A stretch of 64,000 nt of DNA, taken from assembly GCA_965198115.1 (NCBI GenBank), contig OZ240241.1, positions 5,248,001-5,312,000 of the forward strand, read 5' to 3'. The notes below the pieces were generated by a model, which saw only the letters and a list, made by a program, of their open reading frames with translations, was not told the origin of the DNA and ran no database searches. The translations under genes were made by a program, and so were the position numbers. Source of the DNA: Candidatus Latescibacterota bacterium (GTDB taxonomy: Bacteria > Latescibacterota > UBA2968). The number at the start of each line of letters is the position of its first letter. The stretch's first letter is position 1. Shown here in pieces: positions 27,755 through 39,939 of this stretch.

Positions 27755-30700
27755 ATGCTCCTCTACCTCCTCATCCTCCTCGCTGCCTCCCCAGCCCGTG
27801 CCCTGGACACTATCCAGGTCACCACCCCCGATCCGCTTCTCGAAGACTGGCGCTGGACCGAGTTCGACCGCCGCAGCGGCCTCCTGGGCAACATCAACGA
27901 CATCTTCGAAGACCGCGACGGCAACATCTGGTTCGCGACAGACAAGGGAGCCCAGAAGTACGACGGCTATCGCTGGACAAACTACACGACCGAGAACGGG
28001 CTCCCCCACGAATGGGTCACCCGAATCAGACAGACGCGCGACGGGGCGATCTGGATATGCTCCGGGACAACGTCGTCCACACAGGAACCCTCTGCGTCGG
28101 TAACCCGACTTGTCGAGACGACCGACAGCCCGGAGGAGCTGACGACGCACGTCTTCGAGGGATGGGCAGGCATCAATGGTTTTCTCGAAGCCGAAGACGG
28201 CGCGGTCTGGGTAAATCTGCTCGGCAATCTCGAAGAACTGCACGACCTGCGACGATACGTTAACGGCCAATGGGAGACCGTAGATCAGCCCGCGCGTGCC
28301 ATATTTGACCCAGTCGAGGACGAAAGTGGGCACATCTGGATCGGCAGCGCAGGAGAATCGAGACCGAGTTTGATACGATTTGATGGGGTTCGGTGGGCGG
28401 AGGTCAGGCTGGATCCCGGCTTTGTCGAGCCCCGCATCCAGGCTCACGAAGTGAGCCTGGATGCTTCAGGAAACATCTGGGTACGTCACCACAATGAAAA
28501 CACTGGCGTCAGTCGTCTCATCGACGGTCGGTGGGAACACTTTTCCCTCGCGCGGTCCCGCAGCCTCTGGCACTCGACCGACGGCACTGTGTGGGTCGGG
28601 GGCGGCGGTACGGTTTCCCGTTATCGGAACAGCCAGTGGTTTACGTATCGGGCTGCCGATCTTCCCAGAATTACGTCGGCTGTTGGAGGTCTCGAGGCGA
28701 GCGACGGTTCGATCTGGCTGTGGAACTGGCGTGGAGGCAGAGCGTTCAGGGTCGATCTAAAATCCGCCGTAACTCTCTACGATCACTCCGACTCGCTGCG
28801 AATCGGGCCCGAGGGCTCGGGCCGAACGATGTGGTTCCGCACACAGACCTCCGCGGTCCGTAGAGAAAACGATCGATGGATCGAATACGGACCGGAGGAC
28901 GGATTCCTCGACGGACACGTTGCGAAAACCGCCCGGGCGACAGACGGTACGATTTGGGCGATCGGTTTCCACCAAGACGAGGGATCCGCGGCGAGGTTCA
29001 ACTCGGGACGGTGGGAGATCTTCACCGAATCGGACGGCGTCATCGATACGCCGAAGGCACTCCTGCCTGCCCGGGGCGGCAGCATCTGGGTGATTGGAGT
29101 GCACGAAGGGCAGGGCGCGGTCAGCCGGTTCGTGCCAACGTCAGGATTCGAGCGATTCACCTCTGTGATGTCCGGCCCCGAAGGCGTCGAAACAGCCTAC
29201 GAGGCCTCGGACGGTACGGTCTGGTTTGGTTCCGACATCGACGGCAATCGAGGAACGGGCCTCTATCGCTACGACCCCGATCACACGGAAACGGGCAATC
29301 CGGAGTGGATGCATTTCGACGAGAAGGATGGCCTCACGACAGCTACGGCCTACGGACCTCTCGATGGCAGCGCGAGGGACTTCATTGAGTGGCCCACGGG
29401 CACCCTCTGGATCGGGATGGCGATGGGTCTCTACCGGATCGATCTCGCGGGTCTTCCTGAGCAGCGAACGTTTTGGCAGCGAACCCACGATGCATTCGAC
29501 ATCCTCCTTCCCAAGTTTCAAAACTTCACACCTGCGGGGGATGTGCTCTGGTCTCATCCCTATCACCCGCGAGGCGCCGGTGCGATCCGCTATGACGGCG
29601 AGACGTGGCAGATATTACGGCAGACAGACGGCCTCCCCGACGATGGGATCGTCGGCCTCTTTCGATCGTCTGATGGAGCCGTCTGGTTTCGCGGGACCAC
29701 GTCGGGGCTGAGCCGTTACGAAGCTCGAAAGGATCGGCCCGGCTATGGATGGACGCGCTACCCGGCCGACCGGATTTCCGGCACGACGGCGTCGGGCGGC
29801 ACACCGATGATCTCGGCCGCCGCCCAGGTGACGCACGCCAGGGACGGGAGCTTCTGGCTCAACGCCGGCACCGGTGTCGCCCAAATCCGCTACGAGGAAG
29901 TCGAGGCCCCCGAGACGTTCCTCAAACCCGCCACCGAATCCGTCGCGGCAGACGGCAGCATCCTGCTCCGTTTCTCGGGCCGAACACGCTGGGACTTCAC
30001 GCCCCCTGAAGACCTCTCCTACTCCTGGCGTCTGAACGAGGACGAATGGACCCAGACGCGAAATGCCCTCGTCAGCCTCGCCGCCCTCGAACCGGGCCCC
30101 TACCGCTTCGAGGTTCGCGCTGAGGCGCCGACCCTCCGAGTCGACCTAACACCCGCCGTCCATTCGTTCGTCGTCGCGGCACCGTGGTGGCGCAATCCGA
30201 TCGTCGCCGGCCCTGGCATCCTGCTCATCATCGCCGTCGTCTTCCAGTCGGTGCGTGTCGTCCGAAGCAAGCAACAGCTCCAGCAATCCGTCGACGCCCT
30301 CTCCGCCGCCAACCACGAATTGTTCGCCGTCAATGTCGCACTCCAGCGCGATCGTTCCGTCGAGCGCATCCGAGGTCAGGTCCAGTCGATGGATCGCGCG
30401 GAGGATTTCGAGAAAGTCCTGTCGCTCCTCACCTCCGACCTGAACGAAGTCGGCCTCACCTTCGAATCCTGCGAGATCGACGTCCTCGACGAGCCCGTCC
30501 AGAATCCCACGATGGCATTCTTCGAAACGAACGGCTTTCACTACACCACCTATCGGCTGAACGCAGAAGGCCACGTTACCTCCCGATCCTATCGTCTCGC
30601 CGCTCCCTTCCCGACCGTCAACGAGCAGACCCTCGAACGCTTCATCGACGGCGAACCTTGGCAGGGCACCAGCGAAGGCCTCGCCATCGTCGAGGTGCCA

Positions 30701-31545
30701 GCCGGCGGCTACGGCCGTCTGCGTCTGACCGCCCCCGACCGCAACAGCTTTACGGATGACGAGGTCGCCGCCCTCCGCGAGTTCGCTGGGGCCGTCGCCT
30801 CGGCTACGCCCGCTACCTCGACATCCGCGAGATCCAGGCTCAGACCGAACGAAAGTCCGCCTTCCTCGCCGCGATGTCCCACGAGCTCCGCACCCCGATG
30901 ACGGCGATCAAAGGCTTCACCAACGTCGTCCTCAGACGCGCCGCCGACATCCTCCCCGACCGCCAGAAGGAGAACCTGCAGAAAGTCGACCAGGCCAGCG
31001 ACCACCTCCTCGCGATGATCAACGACCTCCTCGACCTGTCGAAGATCGAAGCCGGCCGGATGGATGTGAACGTCGAAACCTTCGACGTCGCTGAATTGGT
31101 CAAGTCGGCGTGCGACACCGTAAGCCCGTTGGTCCAGGACGGAGTGGAACTGAGGCAAGATCTGATCGACCAGATGGGCGACGTGACAACGGACCGAGCA
31201 CGACTTCAGCAGATGCTCATCAATCTGCTCAGCAACGCGATCAAGTTCACGGAATCGGGAAGCATCACCTTGGTAGGCGGATCATCGAACGGCCAGCTCG
31301 TCATATCCGTCACAGATACGGGCAAAGGGATTCCCGAGGATGAGCTTCCCACACTCTTTGACGAATACCGCCAGGTTGATGGATCGGAAAGCGACATTCA
31401 GAAGGGCACCGGCCTAGGCCTTTCCATCACCAAAAAATTCGCCGAGCTGTTGGGAGGTTCGATCGGTGTCGAAAGCGAAGTAGGAAAGGGCACCACCTTC
31501 ACCATCAAAATCCCAACGGATTATCCCGCCGCGCCCCCAGGGTAG
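27755..31545 (+). CDS. Sensor histidine kinase 1 (signal peptide, beta-propeller repeats, Y_Y_Y-like Ig domain, TM, GAF-like, HisKA, HATPase_c), frameshift near 30800
   Basis: EDRDGNIWF-type repeats, GPYRFEVRA, TM segment, MSHELRTP, NLLSNAIKF, DTGKG, GTGLGL. One missing C restores ALGYARYLD as in the paralogs. Confidence 0.9.
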
Positions 31546-31614
31546 GACTGACCCTCCGGGTCGGGAATGATCTGTAGCGAAGCTTTCGCATCAAGATATC
31601 GAGGCGCTGACAAT

Positions 31615-31835
31615 GTCACCCCGGTACGCTTCTCTTAGGAGCCTGTCCCGCCTGTCCTGAGCGGAGTCGAAGGGAACGAATGTGAGGGAGGGCCCATTTG
31701 ACTTTCGCGAAGATCAGAATGGATCCCCCTTCGACAGGCTCAGGACAGGCGGCTCAAAACACTGCCGGGATGACTTCGGTTCTTGCGCCTCTCGCGGTGG
31801 GACTGGTCGGAACTTGTCCCGAGCGCAGTCGAGGG
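31615..31835. repeat. Nested composite: family B element interrupted by three GCCTG-type hairpin units, with a further unit downstream
   Basis: GTCACCCCGG...CCGGGATGAC arms, with inserts at 31641-31688 (itself containing 31650-31673) and 31728-31750, plus TGTCCCGAGCGCAGTCGAGGGA near 31815. Confidence 0.8.
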
Positions 31836-31976
31836 AGACCAGGAACGATCCATCGTGCGTCAGCCAGCACGTCAAATTATCGGGCGCGAACGTTGCACTT
31901 TCACGAGGGTTCGCGGTCAGAGACCGCTCCCACCGATGATGACCAATTTCCTAATTCCCTGATTCCTTAATTCCAA

Positions 31977-34900
31977 ATGCACCTCCTTCTCACCACTATC
32001 CTTCTCCTGACCACCCCCGCCGGGGCCTTGGACACCCTCGTCGTAACTACTCCCGACCCGCTGCTCGAAGACTGGCGCTGGACCGAGTTCGACCGCCGCA
32101 GCGGTCTTGCCGGCAGCGTCCTGGACGTGTTCGAGGATCGCGACGGCAACATCTGGTTTGGCACGAATAAAGGCGCCCAGAAATACGACGGCCTGCGATG
32201 GACGCCTTATGCGGCCGTGGATGATTTCCCGATCCACTGGGTCCGAAGGGTGTCGCAGGCCCGAGACGGTGCAATGTGGTTCCTGGGAGGAGCCCAGTCG
32301 GCGGAAGGCCAGAGGATAGCTGTCGCCACCCGACTTGTTGAAGCCACGGCCACCACACGGCTCGAGATGACCACACACACGTTCGAGGGATGGGGTTCCA
32401 TCAATGGTTTCCTCGAAGCTGCTGACGGATCGATCTGGGTGAACCTGGTTAGCAGTTCTCAAACCGATGTGAACGACCTGCGGCGATATGTCAATGGCAG
32501 CTGGGAAACGGTGGGGCAACCGGCACGAACCGCGTGGAACATCGTACAGGATCGAAACGGAGCGATCTGGGTTGGAGGCCAATCAGGCATTCTTCGTTAT
32601 GATGGCGTGCGTTGGAGGGTGTTCGGAGGGAAGACCCGGATCAATCGAGTGAGCGTGGATGCCCAAGGAATCTATGGGTGGTCCACGTAGGAACCGACAA
32701 CGCCGGTGTCAGTCGATTCGTCGAAGGTGAATGGGAGTATCATCCTCTGACGAGTGCTCAAAGTGTCTGGCACTCGAGCAATGGTACCGTGTGGGTCGGG
32801 GGCAACGGTGCTGTCTCACGGTATCGGCACGGTCACTGGCATGCCACGGTTCCGCCTCGCGTGGGAGCTCGTGTAAGGGGACTCCACGCGTCAGACGGTT
32901 CGCTCTGGCTTTGGTCCCAGGCCGGTGGAAGGGTTTTCCGACTTGCGCTCGCCACTACTGCAACCGTCTACAATCACCCCGACTCCCTGCTCGTCGGCCC
33001 GGAGGGGCAAGACGGGTCGATGTGGTTCCGAACGCAGACATCCGCCGTGCGAATGCAAGACAATCGATGGCTATCGTATGGACTTGAGGACGGTTTCCTC
33101 AACGGCGGCGTACGGGCATTGGAGCGGACACCGGACGGAGAAATCTGGGCGATCGGGTTCCATCGAGGCGAGGGAGCCGCAGCGAGATTCAGGTCTGAGA
33201 AGTGGGACATCTTTACTGAAAGGGATGGCCTGATCGACACACCGATAGGGCTCCTGCCTACGAGAGATGGCGGTCTGTGGGTAACCGGTTTACACGAAAG
33301 TGAGTGCGCCGTCACTCGATTCGAGACGGGGTCCGGTTGGGAGCGTTTCACAACGGTGCTGAAGGGCCCCGAAGGCGTCGGACAGGCCTACGAAGCCTCT
33401 GACGGCACGGTCTGGTTCGGAGCTGAGATCGACCAGAACCAGGGCACCGGTCTCTACCGCTACGATCCCAACCACGCCGCGACTGGCAGCCCTCCCTGGA
33501 TACACTTCGACGAGACGGACGGACTCACGACTGCAATCCCTCGTTTCGCACCGCTCGACGGCAGTGCCAGGGGCTTTACGGAGTGGCCGACCGGGACGCT
33601 CTGGGTCGGAACGTCGCTGGGCATTTACCGCGTCGATCTTGCGAGTCTCCCACAGCACAGAACTTTCCAGCAGCTTCTCACGCGCGAAGACTTCGGGATC
33701 CGACTCCCTAAATTTCACAACCTGACGCCGGCGGACGACGCGCTCTGGTTCCATCCCTTCTATCCCCGTGGCGGGGGCGTCGTCCGACACGATGGCCAAG
33801 CGTGGAAAACTTTCAGGCGAAGGGATGGCAGCTTCTGGATTAACACGAACACGGGAGTCGCCCAGGTGCGTTACCGAGAAGTCGAGGCCCCAGAGACCTT
33901 CCTCGAACCAGCGACTGAATCCGTGGCATCTGATGGAACCATTCTGCTCCGCTTCTCCGGTCGGACACGCTGGGACGCCACGTCGCCGGAGGACCTGGCC
34001 TATGCCTGGCGTCTTAAGGGGAGCGAATGGACCGAAACCCGCAACGCTCTCGTTAGCCTGACGGCACTCGATCCTGGCCGATACACCTTCGAGGTCAAGG
34101 CCAGGGCACCCACGCTCCGCGTCGACCAGACGCCCGCTGTCCATACGTTTGTCGTCGCAGCCCCGTGGTGGCGCAATCCCGTCGTAGCCGGCCCTGGTAT
34201 CTTGCTCGTCATCGCTGTCATCTTCCAGTCCGCCCGGGTCGTACGCGGCAAACGCCAACTCCAACAATCCGTCGACGCCCTCTCCGCGGCCAACCACGAG
34301 CTTTTCGCCGTCAACAAGGCACTGCAGCGCGACCGCGCCGTCGAGCGTATCCGCAGCCAGGTCCAGTCGATGGATCGAGCGGAAGATTTCGAGAAAGTCC
34401 TCTCCGAACTGACCACCGATCTCAAAGAAGTCGGTCTCACATTCGACGCCTGCGAAATCGACGTCCTTGACGAGCCAGTCGACGCACCGTCCATCGCCTA
34501 CTTCGAAGAACGCGGCTTCCGCTACACGACCTACAGCCTCGACCCGGACGGCAACGTCGCCTACCAGTCCTACCACGTCCAGGCCCCGTTCCCGACCGTC
34601 AACCAGGAAACGATCGAACGTTTCGTCGCCGGCGAACCCTGGCAGGCCCTGATCGGCGGCAAGGACGCCATCGTCGAAGTGCCCGCGTCCAACTACGGCC
34701 GCCTCCGCCTCACCTCGTCACAGCGCACCGAATTCACCGACGACGAAACCGAGACCCTCAAGGAATTCGCCTCCGCCATCGCCCTCGGTTACGCCCGCTA
34801 CCTCGACATCCGCGAGATCCAGCTCCAGACCGAGCGCAAGTCAGCCTTCCTCGCCGCGATGTCCCACGAGCTGAGAACCCCGATGAACGCCATCAAGGGA

Positions 34901-35548
34901 TTCACCAACCTCGTCCTCCGCCGCGGTCGAGATGAGCTGTCCGAACGCAATCAAGAGAACCTCGAAAAGGTTTCGCAGTCGAGCGACCACCTCCTCGCGA
35001 TGATCAACGACCTCCTCGACCTCTCGAAAATCGAAGCCGGCAGGATAGACGTGAACGTCGAGACCTTCGACATCGCAGAGCTGATCCAGTCCTGCTGCGA
35101 TACTGTCAATCCTCTCGTAAAAGAGAGCGTCGAGCTACGCCACGAGGTCGCAGCCGAGATCGGGGTGGTCAATACGGATCGCTCACGGACACAACAGATG
35201 GTGATCAACCTCTTGTCCAACGCCATTAAGTTCACGGACCAAGGTGAAGTCCGTGTTGAAGCCAATCGCCGTAGCCGCGGGCTTCAGCCCGTGGACCAAC
35301 AGGACGATCTCGTCATCGCGGTCTCCGATACAGGCAAGGGCATCCCTGAGGACGAACTCCTTGCACTATTCGACGAGTATCGCCAGGTCGAGGGTCAATC
35401 TGACAGCGATGTCCAAAAAGGCACCGGGCTAGGTCTTTCCATCACAAAGAAATTCGCCGAACTGTTAGGTGGGTCCATCACCGTAGAAAGCGAGGTCGGT
35501 AAAGGCACGACGTTTACGATCACGATTCCATCAACCTATTCGGTTTGA
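31977..35548 (+). CDS. Sensor histidine kinase 2, close paralog of kinase 1, frameshift near 32670
   Basis: Same N-terminus ALDT.V.TPDPLLEDWRWTEFDRRSGL, and the same GAF-like/HisKA/HATPase modules. One missing A restores QGNLWV. Confidence 0.9.
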
Positions 35549-35774
35549 TCGATCGATTTTCCTGTGCAGATCTGTGACCGTGTGGGACCAAGCTCCGCTT
35601 GGGGAGGGCTCCATAGGTTTACAGTTGCCCCCAAACCTGTCTGGGGTGCTGGCCCATTCTTCGGGCCTGATGGATGACACATAGGCCGGTTCCCAGGCCG
35701 GAGCCTGGTCCCACCTCAATGGCCAGCGAAAGCCGATTTCCTGATTCCCTATTTCCCTAATTCCCTAATTCCCA

Positions 35775-38700
35775 ATGCATCTCTCGATCCTCACATTTTT
35801 CATTCTTCATTTTTCCATGCGGCGCCAGCCGCCGAGCCCCCAGCCATCGGTCGTCTGCATTTCTGGATCCCCGCAGACTCCGCCGAAGTGTTCGACCGTC
35901 TCTATACCCAGCACGTCACCCCCTACCTCGACAGCCTCGGTTTCGTCGAATCGGATGAGCGTCCCCGAGAGACACCGCCCTACGCATATAACCGCCTTTA
36001 TGATTTCACCAGTTTCCAGGAAATCAATCGCCAGAACCGTAGACTGACCGTCGACCCACGATGGCGTGAGATTCGGAAGAAACTCGGCAGCGCTTTGCCA
36101 TCCGCCGCGAGTGAGGACGGTCTCCTCGAGACGAGCGACAGACGACCCCTTCGTCCCTATACAGTGACCGGAGCCCACGGCACGACCGTTCCGTTGGGAC
36201 CCGGCAAACAGAAGCGGGTCGGATCCTACCGGGGCAGCTGGCACCACTTCGACAAGACCAAGGGCCTTGACGCCTCCCTGTTAGCGTGCTTTTACGAGGA
36301 TGCCGAGGGAAGTCTGTGGCTTGGCACGCGAGACGGCGCGGTTCGCTATCGGAACGGCAGGTTCCAAACCTACAAGATCGAAGGCTCTCCCGATCGGCGC
36401 TACTTCTACGCATTTTACACGAATCCTGATGGCAAACTGTGGGCGGGAACGCGAGACGGCATTCTCGAGTTCAACGGATCCGGCTTCGATCAGATCGTCG
36501 GCCACGATGTGCTCCCTGGAGGGCACGCACACGAACTCGTCGAAGATGGGGCTGGGAACATTTGGACATCATCTGACCGCGGTGTCGCCCGATTCGACGG
36601 GGAATCCTGGACGACCTACGACGAGAAGGACGGGCTTCCGCGCGCCAACGTCAGAGGAATCGTCGCGGATCGCCAGGGCAGAGTCTGGTTTCTCGTTCGC
36701 TCGGGATTCGGGTTGTTGGACGGTGGGCTGGCAGTTTACGAGCACGGACGATTCACGAGCCTGCCCGGGAAAGATGCCCCCGAAGGCATTCGGATGTGGT
36801 CGGCCATCGTGGATACCAACGGGGATCTCTGGACCTCGGGGGTAGGCCTCATCACCCGATTCGACGGATCGGTCTGGCATCGCTTCACAGTCGACGACGG
36901 CCTACCGAACACCAGGGTGGGCGGTCTGGTCGAGGATAGTCGCGGAATCATCTGGTATTGGACGGACGAACGGGGTGTCGGTTTTATCGAGAACGGCCGC
37001 GTGACCACGTTTGCTCCACCCGATCGTCCTGCGCTTCACGTGATCAGCGGCGACCGCGTGGTCGAAGATGCGGATGGCACGATCTGGTTCGGAACCCAGG
37101 GTGGCGCGGTGCGCTACGACGGTCAGGACTGGCAGGTGTTCGGGACCGAAGAGGGGTTGTCGGAGGATGCTGCGTCCAGGATTTATGCGGACAGAGAGGG
37201 CAGAATCTGGCTGGCCGGCCAGGGTGGGACGCTGAGCCTCTATGATCCGAACACCTGGCACCACTTCACGACCGACGATGGTTTGCCGGCCAACAACATC
37301 ACAGCGAGTCTGATCGACAACACCGGCAACCTCTGGTTTGGTTCCCACGGAGGCGGGATAGGTCGGTTCAACGGCGAAACGTTCACGGTCTTCAGGACAG
37401 AGGACGGGATTCCCGAGAACCGGGTCCGTCGCCTCAGGAAAGATCGAAAAGGCGGCATCTGGCTCGCCACCCGTGGTGGGATGAGCTGCCTGGATTCCGA
37501 AACCGGGATGCTAACGAATTACACGGAGCGTGATGGCCTGATTCGCCATCGTATCAATGATATTGGCCAGGATGGCCGGGGCAGGATCTGGGCATCGCAG
37601 TGGCAGGCCGGCGTGGTTCGTCTGTCGGGAAATCGAATGGACTTCTTCGACTTGATCGACGATGTGCCCAGGCTTCTGTCGGAGGTTTTCGGGGACAGTC
37701 GGGGTAATGTGTGGTTCGGCCTGCACTGGGGGTCGGGAGAAGTTGTCCGCCGAGGGCCAAACGGGTTGCAGCGGTTTAATCGTGACGATGGGCTACCCGA
37801 TGCTTACGTCCGAGGCCTGCTGGAAGACAGCAAGGGGAACATCTGGATCGCCACATCCGGCGGCGGTGTCTGCCGTTACGACGGATCGAAGTTCGACGTG
37901 TTGACGACTACGGATGGACTGGCGAGCGACAACGTGAGTGCTGTCTTCGAAGATGAGGACGGTCACCTCTGGTTCGGCACGCGGAATGGCGCCAGCCGGT
38001 ACAATGGCAAGACCATCGCGTCGATCACCAAGGAGGACGGACTCTCCGGGAACTACGTTCGGTCGATCGTGCAGGACGACAGAGGAGATCTCTGGTTCAG
38101 CACGAACGAAGGCGTCACACGGTATCGCCAGCCGCCAGAGGATCCTCCTACCGTCGGCCTCTCGGCCATCGTCGCCGATCGCAGGATCGAGGATTTCACG
38201 GACCTGGCTTTCCCATCAACCATCGGACTCCTGAGCTTCGAATTCGACGGCACGAGCCACGCAACGCGGCCCGATAACATTCTCTTCAGATACCGTCTCG
38301 ACGGATTCGATGACGACTGGCAAGTCACCCGTTCCAGACGCGTCGAATACGCCGACCTACCGCGAGGCGACTACTCGCTTTCCCTTCAAGCCGTTGATCG
38401 TGACCTCGTCTATTCCGACGTCGTCTCCATCCCCTTCACCGTACACGCCCCCTATCGTCAGATCGCGCTCGTCACGGCCCTCGTCCTGGCCATCGGACTC
38501 GTCGCTCTTCAGGGCGTGCGGGTCGTGCGCCGGGACCGTCGTCTCCACGAATCCAACCAGGCCCTGTCCGACGCCAACAACCAGCTCTTCCAGGTCAATC
38601 GAGACCTCGAAACCGCCAACGTCGAGCTCCAGCGCGACCGCGCGCTGGAAAGAATCCGGGCCGAAGTCCAGTCGATGGATCGGGCCGAAGACTTTGAGAA

Positions 38701-39866
38701 GGTCCTGTCTCTCCTCACGGCCGACCTGAAATCAGGTTGGACTCCAATTCGCATCCTGCGAAATCGATGTGCTCGATGAACCGCTCGAGAACCCGTCTAT
38801 GTCCCGGTTCGAAGCAGGCGGCTTCCGCTACACGACCTACACGCTGGACCCTGATGGCCACGTCACCTCCGAAGCCTTCGCGGTCGCGGCGCCATTCCCC
38901 GCCGTAAACCGACAGACTATCGAACGCTTCATCGATGGCGAGCCCTGGCAGGCTATCATCGGCGGAACAGAATCGATTCTGGAAGTCCCCGCCGGCAGCT
39001 ACGGTCGCTTACGTCTCATCGCTACAGAACGCGATCAGTTTGCGGACGACGAAACCGCCACACTGAGGGAGTTCGCCGACGCCGTCGCGCTGGGCTACGC
39101 CCGCTATCTCGACATCCGCGAGATCCAGCTGCAAACCGAGCGTAAGTCCGCCTTCCTCGCCTCGATGTCCCACGAGCTCCGAACCCCGATGAACGCCATC
39201 AAAGGCTTCACGAATATGGTTCTTCGCCGGGCGGGCGACGTTCTCCCCGACCTGCAGAAGCAGAATCTTCAGAAGGTTGACCAAGCCAGCGATCACCTCC
39301 TCGCGATGATCAACGACCTCCTCGACCTCTCCAAAATCGAAGCCGGACGGATGGATGTGTCTCCCGAAGTCTTCGATGTGTCAGAACTCATCAGATCCTG
39401 CTGCGACACTGTCAGCCCGCTGGTCAAAGACGGCGTCGAACTACGTCACGAAATCGCGGAGAGCATCGGCGAAGCCCATACCGACCGCTCACGACTGCAA
39501 CAGATGGTCATCAATCTGCTTAGCAATGCAATCAAGTTCACGGATGAAGGAGCGGTGACGGTGTCCGCGGTTGTCCCCTCGACTCCGCTCGGGACAGGCT
39601 CTGGGCAGTCGGCGGAAGATGCGTCACTTGTCATCGCGGTGAGTGATACGGGCAAGGGAATCCCCGCAGAGGAACTCCCAACGCTCTTCGACGAGTATCG
39701 CCAGGTCGAAGGTCAATCCGATAACGATGTTCAAAAGGGCACCGGCCTCGGCCTATCCATCACAAAGAAATTCGCCGAGCTACTGAGTGGATCGATCGCT
39801 GTCGAAAGCGAAGTCGGCAAAGGCACAACATTTACCATCACCATTCCAGCAACCTATTCAGCGTAG
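35775..39866 (+). CDS. Sensor histidine kinase 3 with an extra N-terminal alpha/beta domain and regular propeller repeats, frameshifts near 35812 and 38735
   Basis: Signal peptide from ATG 35775 is restored by one T. Many DG(L/I)xxN.V...D..G..W repeats, YRLDG...LPRGDY, TM, GAF-like domain, MSHELRTP, and N/G boxes. Confidence 0.88.
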
Positions 39867-39939
39867 GCACAAGCACGCCGTTTCATACGCCCATTGGTGT
39901 AGGGACGAGTTGCAATGCACCCAAGAACCCATCACGCGT

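Noticed and set aside
35792-35815. Phase variation by CATTTTT/CATTCTT 7-mers in the kinase 3 signal peptide
   Set aside because: Adding one 7-mer would restore the frame, but so would one T in the T5 run. The units are few and imperfect, so an error is more likely.
27755-39866. Diversity-generating retroelement acting on the kinase sensors
   Set aside because: There is no reverse transcriptase and no template/variable repeat pair with adenine-specific differences in the window.
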